Translations under genes and position numbers: made by a program
DNA from: the human T2T-CHM13v2.0 reference genome, Homo sapiens
NCBI RefSeq assembly: GCF_009914755.1
Contig: NC_060926.1
DNA: 64,000 nucleotides
Direction: 5' to 3' (one strand)
Notes under the pieces: generated by a model
The model's database searches: none
What the model was told of the DNA's origin: nothing
What the model saw: the letters and a program-made list of their open reading frames with translations, nothing else
Part shown: positions 49,286 to 63,101 of the stretch, one piece after another
Layout of the letters: each line of letters opens with the position of its first letter
How positions within the stretch are numbered: position 1 is the stretch's first letter

Positions 49286-49989
49286 CTTCCTCCAAGTTGT
49301 TTCTTCCTTAGAGTTGGCAATAATAGTGGAAAGGCAGTAACTTTGCTGTTTAGCCCCAGGGGAGGGATCAGCCCTGTGGGGAATTGGGCTAAGTTATCAG
49401 AGGTTACTTACTGCCCTTGCTAAACTCTAAAGAGATTCGTTTTTTAAAAACTGACACACAATATTTGGACATATGTATATACACAATGGAATACCACTCG
49501 GCCACTAAGAAGGAAACCATGAAGAGATTCCTTTTTAATATATGTAGCTGCATGCCAACTTGTCTCACGTTCCTCCTCTCCTAGAAAAAAAAAAATGTGG
49601 ATTTTTCTGAAGCACCTGCCTGGAGGTACAGACAGATGATTGCGCAAACTTGAAGCTGAAAGTGGATGGAATTGCTGCCAGGGAGACTGTAGCATGAGCA
49701 GGAGCAGAATCCTGGGGAACACACTTTTAGGGACAGGAGTCAGAAATCTCAGAGAAGCAGGGGTTACTGGTGGGATCACGGAGCTGCTCAGGGCCTAGTA
49801 AAAGGGAAAGGTTTTAATATCATTTGGAGCCACTGTGGTTCTCCCAGAGGAAGCTCCTGTCATCCAGAGAGCGGTGAGCTCCCAAACAAGCAGAGACTTC
49901 AATTCCTAAACAGGCATAAGCTTCATTCAGGGTGTTCACTGGCCACGACCAGGGACGCCCAGCACCCAGTGCAGGGCCTGCCCTGGAAG

Positions 49990-50742
<753 letters not shown>

Positions 50743-51157
50743 TAAGGGCTACTCCTAGGGGTCAGATAGGACGCCTAGAAATCTAAAGCCCTAGTTGTTC
50801 CAGCTTGAGTAGCAAGTGGAGGCGAGGTGTACAGGAAGACTCGGTGCCGTCGGGACAACAGTCTGCCCCCACTTCCTGGAAAATTGGCCAGCCGGGTTTT
50901 CCAAAGCGCCTGTAGAACTTTCCCGAGCCCCTTGCTCTGCGCCCTCTGGCGGAGGCCTGAGTCAGGGCTTGGAGTCTCCAAACAAGTAAACTCTCTGCTT
51001 CTCCAAAGGACCGCTAGAGCTTTCCTTCAGCCCCACGGCAAGGCAGGTGCCTTCTCATTCTGCAGCTTGGGATGGCTAGGTTCCCCAGCTGTGTCTTTCC
51101 GCAGAGCTGGGGAAGAGAGAAGCCTCTTCAGAAGCGCTAGGCAGCTTCCTCCTCTAG

Positions 51158-51742
<585 letters not shown>

Positions 51743-53277
51743 TGAGGAGTTTCCTGGACTGGAGGGTGGGGCAGGAAGGTCTGAGGTATTAGATGGAGTT
51801 TGGGAGAAAACTGGGGTTTGAGTTCCAGGCCTTCCTCATGTGAAATGGGGAAGACGCTCCCTGCCTCACAGGGCACTTGGGAAGACTGAATGAGATACTG
51901 TATGTGAAAATGACCCTGACCTGTGAAGTGTTGCCTCATTGTTAAATAGGACTGACCACACTGTATTGTCTGCATATGTTTGCTTGCCTCCTTCCCTCCC
52001 TTGACAGGAAAGCCTTTGCACTATGCAGATGTGTGTTCCTAACACCTAGCAAAGCACTACACTAAGGCAAGCTGCAGGACATGCTAGCTGTATGGAGAGC
52101 AGACAGACTTTGTTGAGTGCTGACCATCCCTGGCTGAACTGTGCTGGAACACTATTGAGGATTCTGGGATAAATAGAATAGATCCCTTGCTCTCATGAAC
52201 GCCAAAGGACAGGGAGTCTTGTGATACTGGGTCTAGTTTCTGATGCCACAGCGCCCCTGTCTTAATAGTGAGGAGTCTCTTTTAGGCTTGAGGTTGCTGC
52301 AATCAGAAGGTGGTGACAGAGCAGCCATGGAAAGCCTGAGCAACTTGGGCAGAAATCCAGTAGCCTGTGTCCCTGGGGAATAGGGTCAGGCTCCCAGGGC
52401 AGACAGGTAGAATGGCCTGCACAAAGCACAGATGTGGCAGGGCTGGATCCCACCTTGCTTTCAAGTTCTTCCTCATGTTCTCCAGTACCCCAGCCCCTAC
52501 CACCCCTGCCCCCCAACACACATGCACAATTATTCTCACAACCAACATTCAACTCATCATCCACTCTGAATTCAGCCCAAGGATTCGCACAAACAACAGT
52601 GACCAAATGTAAGCTACAACCAGGAGCAGAGCAGACTCCAGAAGTCCACATGGCTGCGTTTGGTCTCAGGAGGCTGCCCTGGGCATTATGAGGGAGCTGA
52701 GATTTTCAGGAGGTCCCCAGGGCCTGAACCAAGGCGGAGGCCAGTCTGGTTTTCATTTCGGTCTCAGGAAGAATGTTCTAACAGGTGCTCAGAGATGGAA
52801 TGGGCTGTTTGGAAAGGCAGCAAGTCCTCTCTCAGCAGGGATGCACAGGTCATTGGAAAATAGTCAAGGACCAGGAGATAAATTCTCCCTCCAACCCTGG
52901 AATTCTCTGATGTTCTGCCCTCGAGGACCATTAACTGCAAATATTGGGGTGCATGAGTGATTCCTATGTGAAGAATAGAACGTGCTTGCAACAGTTCAAG
53001 AAGGGAACAATTCCTTTAGGTGGGGAGACTAGAGATGGCTTTATTGGAGGTAGCTGAACTGGACATTGACCTTGGTTGTTGGCAGATGGAAGGCATTCCT
53101 GATGAAAGGAAATAAAGGTGCGAAGGCTCACTGTGGGCGTGGCAGGTCTTCAGTTTGCCTGTAGAGTAGGTGTGCCCAGAGGAGGGCAGACTAGGATGCC
53201 TTGAGTATTAGGCCAGGCTACTGGGAAGCTGTTGAGGGGTTTTGAGCGGAGGAATGTTGTGATCCCAGTGATGTTTT

Positions 53278-53789
53278 TGTTTGTTTATTTGTTTGTTTGT
53301 TGAGATGGAGTCTCACTCTGTTGCCTAGGCTGGAGTGCAGTGGCACGATCTCGGCCACTGCAAGCTCCACCTCCCAGGTTCACGCCATTCTCCTGCCTCA
53401 GCCTCCCGAGTAGCTGGGACTACAAGCGCCCGCCACCACACCCGGCTAATTTTTTGTATTTTTAGAAGAGATGGGATTTCACCATGTTAGCCAGGATGGT
53501 CTCAATCTCCTGACCTCATGATCTGCCCGCCTCGGCCTCCCAAAGTGCTGGGATTACAGGCGTGAGCCACTGCACTTGGCCTAGGCTCAGGCAATTCTAG
53601 TGCCTCAGCCTCCACAGTAGCTGGGACTACAGGCATGTGCCACCACACCTGGCTAATTTTTGTATTTTTAGTAGAGACAGGGTTTCACCATGTTGGCCAG
53701 GCTGGTCTCAAACTCCTGACCTCAAGTGATCCTCCTGCCTCAGCTTCCCAAAGTGCTGGGGTTGCAGGTGTGAGCCACTGCAGCTGGGC
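53278..53789 (-). mobile_element. Composite Alu (partial AluS joined to a full AluY-like copy) in SPR intron 2
   Basis: One 14-bp TSD pair cccagtgatgtttt at 53264-53277 and 53790-53803. Confidence 0.88.
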
Positions 53790-54196
53790 CCCAGTGATGT
53801 TTTAGTAGAATGAGTTTAGTAGAGGGCTACAGAAGGAGCTGAGGCAGGGAGAGAAGCAAGGTTGTAAAAAGGGCCTGATTGTCGGGATGTGTAGATGCTG
53901 AAGGGTCCTACCTGGTGCCTGGTTGGCTCTGGGGACGATGGGGGAGGGAAGGAGGAAGTGATGGACGTTTTGAGTCTGGGAAAAGAATACTTCATTAATA
54001 GAAATGGGAATGTCAGGAGGTGGTGCTGGTTGGACAGGAGATGAGAATCTTGGTTTTAGACATGGTAGTCTAGAGGGTCCATGTTCAGTGGGCTTTTGAA
54101 TTTCAGTCCAGAACTTGATGGTGACAAATTGGAGCCTTTGGCAACCCTGACCACACATTTCAGCCAAGATGACGTGTTTCCTCTGGCCAGACCTGA

Positions 54197-54478
<282 letters not shown>

Positions 54479-55076
54479 GCCCATGTTTTTGGCTTCCTGA
54501 ACCTTTTTGCCCCCACTTTTAGACATACCCCAGAGCCCTGTGGCTCCCCACACCCTGCCATAGGGGCAGTCCTGCCTTACACATAGAAGCATTCATGCCT
54601 GCTGCCCTGCCCTCAGGCACAGCCAGCTGTGAGCTCCCAGGTCATTGGCCTTACCAGTTGTCAGGAGTCTGTGCTGTGCACCCTGGGTTATAAGGAGGCT
54701 TAGGAGAGAGGTTATGGGTATTGGTGTCTCTATCCCCAGGAATAGAACTTAAGGGGTGGGAAGAACAGGAAAAGAAGCTGGAACACAGAAGAGAGGAGGT
54801 TGTGTCTCTTGCTCATAGCAAGCCTGTGGGTAGAGGAAAGAGTGATCTGGTGTCGAATAGGAGGACCCATGTAGATTCGCAGATGGCCTGGATGGGAGGA
54901 AGGGCAGACGGTACATGTCCCAGCCCACATAGATGCCCCTTGCTGAGGGTAGCAGGACCTTCTGTTGAACTTTGTGTCCTCACTCTGATGTCTCCTTCCT
55001 TCAGAATCTACCACCCCTCCCCCAGGCTGGGAGAAGGGGCTCCTGGGTGTCTGTATACACGCCAAAGGCAGATACA

Positions 55077-55082
55077 AATAAA
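55077..55082 (+). terminator. SPR: Likely SPR polyadenylation signal
   Basis: AATAAA ~600 nt after the stop codon, followed by a U-rich stretch. Confidence 0.85.
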
Positions 55083-55821
55083 ATACAGATTGTCCTTTCT
55101 TCATGCTTGCTTTCTCCTCTGATACAGGGCCTATGACTGACTGCCTGGTTCACTGGGCCCAAGGCCATTCCCAAGGCAGTTAACCCAAAAGTGAGGTGTT
55201 GTCCTTATTTCCTAGGGAGCTTTCCGGGGGCCATCTGCCTCCAGTCATCAGGCCCCACTCAGTGGCAAGCCCAGGTGCAAAGTTGCCCACAATCGGCATG
55301 CCTGCTTTTTTGTGCTGTTGCCCACGCTGACCCCAGCCTTGATAGCCCTTTTCTCACCCTGGGCTATTCAGAATACCCATCTTTTAGGGCCCAGCTTACA
55401 GCCTGCCCTCCACATGGCCCTAAAGCCTGGGTCCTTTCCCCAACTCTGTGGATTGCCAATTCCACCCCCTGTCCACGTGGCAATGCTGTGAATGGATGCC
55501 AGCTGCTATTGGCCCTTTTGGCATTGTCCATCTGGCCCATGGTCCAGGTCGTCAGTGGGGTGGGCTTAGGACCAGCATGCCTTTGGGGGAGATGGGCAAG
55601 ATTCCAAGAAAGGGAAGCTCTGAGAAATCAGGGCTGCAACCAAGCCAATCCTTGTGCAGGTTGGTAGACATAGGCTGGGCTGCGAGCTCCACGGCAGTGG
55701 TGGTCTGCAGCCAGCACCCTGGCCCCTGGCCATATTTGGGAGAAGGAAGCGTGGTCCCCTGCCCGCTGACTCCAGGACTCAGCCTGCCTCTGAGTGTGCA
55801 GAAGGGAACTCCTCCTTGTGC

Positions 55822-55835
55822 TCAGCAGAGGGCGC
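55822..55835 (+). promoter_or_regulatory. CTCF core motif
   Basis: TCAGCAGAGGGCGC. Confidence 0.6.
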
Positions 55836-55969
55836 ATGGAGGCCGCGCCTTTTGCTGAAGGGCAGGCCCTAGGCTGAAGCTGGCAGTGCCCTGCCTGCTC
55901 CCCTAGGAGGGAATGGGCGAACTTTTACCTGGTCCAGCAGATGCCTTGCCCTCATGCCCCCATCGAAGT

Positions 55970-56170
55970 AGAAATCACTGGGCTCAGGTTCCTGCTCTGC
56001 CACAGCTGGTAACCCAGGGCAAGTTTCTTCTCTGTGCCTCAGTTTCCTTATCTGAAAAATGTGGATTATAATGGCACCTACCCTGAAGGGTTATTTTGAA
56101 CATTAAGTGACCTAATGTTTGTAAATGTTCAGCACAGTGCTAGCATTGTGGTAAATGCCCTGTAGATGCT
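55970..56170. mobile_element. MIR
   Basis: gggcaagtt...ctctgtgcctcagtttccttatctgaaaaatg. Confidence 0.8.
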
Positions 56171-56741
56171 AATATTATTTATTGCCTTTAAATATCAAGA
56201 TCCAGCTCATCCTGGAACTCTGCTGGAAGCCTCCTCTCCTCTAGACAGTTCAGACATCCTCCCCTGCCTGACTTGAGGCAAAAACTCTCACTGTACTGCC
56301 CCTATTCAGCCTCCTGGAGGTGAGGGTGGGGTCTGGTCTGGATACCTTGTCTTGGATTTACAGGAAAATGTGTGAACTTTGGAGTCAGGAACCTTCAGTC
56401 CCACTACCTTGTCTATGACAGAGATGCTGTGGGGTGTTGGGCAGAGCCCTGCTCTCTCTCTGGGCTTCAGTTTCCTTAGAGCAGTGAACTCCAAGATTCT
56501 TTCCTGGACACCTTCGTCTGAGGTGTTTCCAGTGTGGTGAGGCCATGGATTATGGCAGCCTGGGCTGCCTTTCATGACGTGGTGGGTGGTGGGTAGGTTT
56601 CCTCACCAGGCCCCTTGCTCCTGTGGGAGTGTGAGGGTGGGCAGTGCCAGTCCAGCTCCTTGTGGATGATCATCGGGGTTGACTCTGTACCTCCCCTCTA
56701 GGCTGGTTGGCCAGGGGCTTAGTGAGGAGTACCGCTTGTCC

Positions 56742-56755
56742 CCACGAGGTGGCGA
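56742..56755 (+). promoter_or_regulatory. CTCF core motif
   Basis: CCACGAGGTGGCGA. Confidence 0.5.
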
Positions 56756-59700
56756 GGCCCTCCCATGCCTGACATTTGTCTTCTCTGAGCCCAGAGATGT
56801 AAGAGCTTCGGAAGTGCTCTCTTGGGCTATCTCTCCCTGCAGCCCAGGATTCTGGACTCTCGGGCCCCCAGGGAATTGGGGAGATCAGAGATGGGCAGCA
56901 TCACTCTTCCTGTCAGGTCCCGAGGCCTCTTCAGTGACCCACAGTCTCTGCCCTCAGGGATTTCCCAGACCTTGCTCCCAGCCCTGGACTCAGCCTCCCC
57001 AGGTCCACCCACACTGAGGCATGGAGGCTTTTGTGGCGGCCTCCAGGCCATAAGCAGCCACCCTCCAGGGGCTAACCATCTGTGTTCCCCAACCGCATGA
57101 CCTGGCCTTGGCCACCGCACACATGAGCACACGTGAGTGCACACACACAAATACATGCCTGCACATGCCCAGGGCCCAGCTGCTGGAGCGAGCAGGGCCA
57201 TAGATGAGCTAAAAGACAAACGAGGTTCCTCTTTGTCTTTGGTGTGAGAGCGCTGTGCAGTTTTTGGTTTTGTGTTTAATACACCTGCACTGGGGCCAGC
57301 AGCTGGCCTGTAAGGAGCAGGGGGAGTGAGGGGAATATTCCAGGCCAAAGCCAGTGTCCAAGAGCATGACCAGCTGGGATTAGTCTGGTCAAGAGGTTCC
57401 CCCGAATCCCCAATTCCTGTCCTTCCTCCTATGAATACATATGTGTGCCCCCACACCCAGGCTGGTGCTGAGTCTGTTGTCAGCCATCAGGGTCACCCGC
57501 CCGGGATGTACTCCATCCTAGCATCTCCCCGTGCCTCACCCCAGAGAGCTAAGCCCTGGAATGCTGCCTCCTGGCCTCCTTCACCTTCGTCCTTTCCCAT
57601 AGAACATGGCCTCATAGGCTAGCATGCATGCGATAATTCTGACTCATATGGCAGGTGAGCACACCCAAAAGCGCCCAGGCGTGCCCTCGCTACTGGGCTC
57701 CCGTGTGATGACAGGGAGGTGGGTGAAGATGACTCCAAGTCCCCTGGGGTAGAAACCCCCTGAGGTGGCACCTCTCCAGCCCTCACATCATCTCTCAGTG
57801 ATCTGGGGTGTAAAAGCAGGGGAGTGGACCAGAAGCCACTAGACAGCTTGCTGGAAACCAGCTGAGGAATCACTCTGAACCTCTGGGGTTAGCTGGGGGA
57901 GCCGATGGAGGGTAGGGCTCTGAGCCTGGAGCGAGCCATCCTTGCCCCACTCCCCAGTCCTGAGGTCTCCCACCTGTGGTGCTGGGAGGCGGGGAGCAGC
58001 ACAGATGTTGTCTCAGACTTTTGAAGTAGAGCCCACTCCCACGAGGGAATGATTGTTACTTCCCAGCCAGCCTCTCCTACCTCACCCTTTGTCTCTCCTT
58101 TCATCCATGGTAACTCCATCTTCAGCCCTAAGAGCCCTTCGTGTGAGCCAGGAGAGTCCCGGACTTCTTTTTTCAGTGAGGAGCTGGGGGAAAGGAGGAA
58201 GGGAGAGAGAAGGAAATGCCTATCCCTTGGGGGCTCCTCCCCCAGATGACCTTAGTGCTCAGCGTGGTTCCTCAGCTAACTAACCTGAAAGCTGTCTAGC
58301 AGCCTCTTAGTCCACAGGACTGCCAAAGGACAACCCCAGATCCCCCTATCTGACCCCCAGGGCAGGAGCCCTATGCAAAGGACAGGGACAGCTGCATCAT
58401 TTTGTGGAACAAAATGAGCTTTTTCTAAGAGTCCCTCCTTGAGGCTTGCCCAGGTGACACACGAAAGGGACCAAGGGCAAAGTGAGGAGTTGAGAGGAGG
58501 TAAGTCCCCTCTCTGCTCTGGAGCATCCAGGCAGAAAAACAAAAGCAGACACCTTGAGAGTCAAAGACGGAGACAGGGCGAGCTGGACAGTGAGAGAGGA
58601 AGATAGAGAGAGGGACAGAAACACAGGGAGGAAACAGGCAGAAAGATTCGAAAATGTAGTAAGACAGATTTAGACGAAGGGAGAGAGATGGCGGGAGAAG
58701 CCACACACCCTCACACACTCACACACGCTCATACTCCCTCTCTCTCTCCCCCCTCCCTCTCTCTCTCACATACACACACTCACACACACACACACCCCGG
58801 GCATGCACTCACGCAGCCGCCCTGAGCCTTGCTGGAAATAATCCCGTTCGCGACGCCAGGGCCTCAGCTGCACAGGCGTTGCCGAGCTGTTACCTTGCAC
58901 ATCTGTCAGCTCCAAATGTAGAAGCTGTCATAGGACAGTGTGTGTGTGAGTGTGAGAGTGTGTGCATGCCTGTTCCTCCCAGAGAATTCTGAGGACTTGG
59001 TCGGCAGAGGGAGATTCCCAAGGGCCCGGAGGCTCTCCAGGAAGTCCAAGCCCTGGAAAGCAGGTCTGCTCCTTCCCTTCCTGCACAGGGAGTGGCCACG
59101 GGGCCGCCCAGCTTTATGAGATAGCCCGCTGGACTTGGCTTCTGTGGCCTGGCTCGGCCACTTACAGCCATGGGGCTCTGGGCAGTCACTTCTCAGAGCA
59201 GCTGGGTCTCCTGCTTGTCAGGTCGAGATGTTGGGTAGCTATGCCACCTGGAAGGAACCCAGAGAGGGGGTGATGAGCACCTGGTCTGGTGTGTGTCAGT
59301 CACTTCTGGTAGTCAGGGATTTTTCTCTGAGAGCTGGGAAGTCCTTCTTATGTCTGACTCCCACTTCTGGGAATGTATCCCGCACCCAGGTCCCTCTGGG
59401 GCACCGAGAACATTGCCCTCCTCTGACCCACTCTTCTCCACACCACTCTCCTTGCTGGACCTGAGGATGGGCCTTGGGCACCGACTCCGGGCACAAAAGG
59501 TCCAAGAACCTCAAACACCAAGTCTCCAGGAGCATAGGGTGTTGGCACAAAGCCTGGAGGATTTGAGAATGTTGAGCCTTTTCCTGTAAGGATCCTTGGG
59601 TAGAAATTTTTCTCTGGTGACTCTTTCCAGGTTTTCAACCCCCCTCCCTGGCCCCAAATGTCAGGACGCTCTTTTTTTGTGTTTGCACTTCCTCCTGCTT

Positions 59701-60248
59701 TAATCTAAGCTTATCACAGAGAAATTGTATAGCAATGAGAAAGAGGCCCCAGAAACTATCTAGTAAGGAGGGCAGCTTTTTCACCCCAAGTAAGAGGAAA
59801 GAGGGACCCTGGCCAAAGGGACCCCACCCTGTATTGGTGCTCTTCCCACAATGCCATGCCCACCCCATTTAATCCTCCCGTGATCCACGGAACTGACCCC
59901 TTGAAGACTTGAATACAAAGGCCCTGCCACCCATCCCACAGGCTGGCACCCTCACGCCTGTCCTGGCCTCATCAGAGACCATCTTAACTCCAGGCCATCT
60001 CTCATGCTGTCCTCAGATCCATGGTTCTTTCTGCCCAAAGGCTGGATGGAACAATCTAACAGGCGTTGTATGCTCATGGTGCTCACAGCAGGGTGTTCTG
60101 AGAGAGGAGATGAAGCCAAAGACTTGTATCAGTGGTTCGAGCCCAGAAGCCATCACCCGGAATATGTTCTCACCAGGGACCTGGGTCTCTGTGTATGCAC
60201 ATCACGGATACATATGAATCAGACATGGGCCTGCCCTGGGCCCAAGCC

Positions 60249-60258
60249 GTGTGTGTGT

Positions 60259-60319
<61 letters not shown>
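60249..60319. repeat. (TG)n(TA)n compound microsatellite
   Basis: Read directly. Confidence 0.98.
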
Positions 60320-60323
<4 letters not shown>

Positions 60324-60939
60324 TGTTTGCCACCCTAGAATTAGTCTTATGCGGGTTTGAACATTCAGCTTTTCTTATGCATGGAGGGGTGTAATTGTGT
60401 GTGTACCTGTGTATAAGTGTTCTGATGTAAAACTTACCAGATAATGGTGTGGTGTGCAAATGTGGGTTTGGGTGTATAGCTGTACATGCACACCTATAAG
60501 CCTATTGTGTGAATGTAAGCATAACTTTGAAAACTACTGTGAGCGCACATGAGCATTTGTATTTGAATAACAGTGGGTCTGTGGGTTTAAATCATGTATG
60601 CATCAACAATGTACATATATGTGATTATGAGTGCTGGTATATAACCACATGTTGTATTTCTGGGTTGCTCTCCATTCATAATTGGGTGTGCATGTGTGCG
60701 CACGTGACAGGTTGTTACCTTGCAAGCAGGAACTCATGCAAAGCTGTGCATGAGATTTATGTGTGTGTGATTTTGACACGGGGCTGGTGTCCCTGGATAA
60801 ATGAGTGTGTTCAGGCCTGTGACTGGGGTACAACAATTGTGTGTTGAGAAACTGCAGACAGCCCTTAGGCCATGTCCAGCGAGAAGGAAATGTGTAAATG
60901 TTTGTTGAACACAAAACAGAACAGCCACAAAATGCCAGG

Positions 60940-61420
60940 CCCTGTAGTGGCGCGGCAAATCGTGGAAGTTTTTTCCTCCCTCTTCATCTCTCCCTCTCCC
61001 CAGCATCTCGGCCCCTCTCTGGCGTGGTTCCCTCACACCTAAGCCCAATGGTGTTTTGCAGGCTTTCAGCTGTTACCTCAGTCCCTCCTCGCCTCATTCC
61101 CGATTCACTCCGTTGCTATAGGTATGTTTGAAACCCCAGCGTGGTAGATTTTAATTAGTCTTCCTACAGATGGCCAATTAACATTCATTACTTTTGCCTT
61201 GAGCGATTAATTATGAGTTTGGATAGAAAAGGAGAGAAGAGGAGAGGAAGATGGGCAGGTGAATGAAAGGAGAAAAGAGAAGGGGGTTTGATTGGGAGTT
61301 TGGAATTTTTACACAGAGCAGGCTGGTGGGGGAGAGGGTGGGAAAGAGCCGTTTCAATCCCCTCACTCCCAGCGGCCTCCCTCAGCCCACAGCTGCTCCG
61401 GGCCCCTAATCGGCTTGGCT
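60940..61420. promoter_or_regulatory. Candidate neural (forebrain) enhancer
   Basis: Repeat-free; TTAATTAG 61151-61158, CAGATG 61167-61172, CAATTAA 61175-61181 and TTAATTA 61207-61213 clustered. Confidence 0.55.
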
Positions 61421-62545
61421 GGCCCAGCCCTCCAGGAAAATAGAGCTCACACCCTCGTTTGGGAGGCCTTAAGCCTTTGGTGTTCCCTGACCCCAACCCT
61501 TTCATAATACCGGCCCTCTTGTTTCTTGTGCCAGAGCTGGGTGGGAACTGTGTCAGGAATCGCCCAAAATATTGCAGATAACCCAGAAAGGAAGCTCTGC
61601 TGCCAGTCACTCCTTGCTAGAATTGCAGTGGTTCACTATACAGATGAGAAAACTGAGGCCCGCATAGGAAATGACTTCCCCCACCTCAGGCCCCTTGGAA
61701 GGTTGGGGAGAGTCCAGCTTTGTTGACTCCCCAGCTCAGTTCTCTTTCTGCTGCAACCAGGGTGGTTTATAAAGATTTTGTGCAACATTCCATGAACAGG
61801 CTGATTTCAAACACAGTTCACATTCTTCTCTGTGCACCTAACTGCCAAAAGCTCCTGTGATTCCCCAGCCCATTGAAAGACTCCTTGAGTGTTGTTGCTG
61901 GGTTCAGGAGCCGCACCTATGTTCCTAATCCTAAATTCATTCCAGGAGTGGGGGATAGATGCCTAAATGTAAACAACGGTCTTTTGGGTGGTAGGATTCC
62001 AAGTGATTTTCGTCTTCCTCTCTCAAATCATCTGTATTTTTAACTCTCTGTAGCACAGATGCATTATTTGAACAAAATAAAGTATATAAGCTATGCCTTC
62101 ATTTACTTGAATTTTTTTCAAAATCTATATTGTAAAAAGAAACAAAGAAATCCATGTTAGTTTATGATCTTTTTTAAAAGACCACAAATATGTACATCAA
62201 AATTTTGAACACTGATTACCGCTTAAATCAGCCTGCTTGAATTCAAGTCACAGTTCTGCCACCCACTTCAACAGTGTCCTCATCTGTTAAGTCGAGTTAA
62301 AAAGAATATCCATCTCATAGGGTCGTGAGAATTAAAATAATACATGAAAAGTCTTAGAACGGTGTCTTGTATCTAGAAAGAGCCCAACAAATGTTATCTA
62401 TTATGAATATTAATAACAGTAAGATTTTTAAATAGTGGTTATCTGAGTGGTGGGATTTTATCGAGGTCTTTTTGTTTTTCTGTATCTTGAAAAGTTTTCC
62501 ACAGAGAACATGCAATACCTCGATAATAATAAGATAGTGTAATTT

Positions 62546-62731
62546 GGAAGAGAGAGAGGAAGGAGAGAAGGAAGGAGGGAGGGAGGAAAGGAAGGAAGCA
62601 GGAAAGGAAGGAAGGAGGGAGAGAGAGAAGGAAGGAGGGAGGGAAGGAGGGAGGAAAGGAAGGAAGGAGAGAAGGAAGGAAGGAAAGAAGGAGGGAAGGA
62701 GGGAGGGAGGGAAGGAAAGAAGGAAGAAAGG
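62546..62731. repeat. Polypurine (GGAA/GGGA/GA)n low-complexity tract
   Basis: ~185 bp of purines on the + strand. Confidence 0.97.
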
Positions 62732-62783
62732 CAGCAAAGCAAATGTAGTTCTGCTGTTTTAGACCTCTATTAAATTTCCATCA

Positions 62784-63101
<318 letters not shown>

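Noticed and set aside
56827-57456. 209-aa minus-strand ORF
   Set aside because: Low-information Pro/Gly/Ser-rich peptide from GC-rich DNA with no recognisable homology
62354-62762. ORFs of repeated PSFL / EGRK
   Set aside because: Translations of the polypurine repeat
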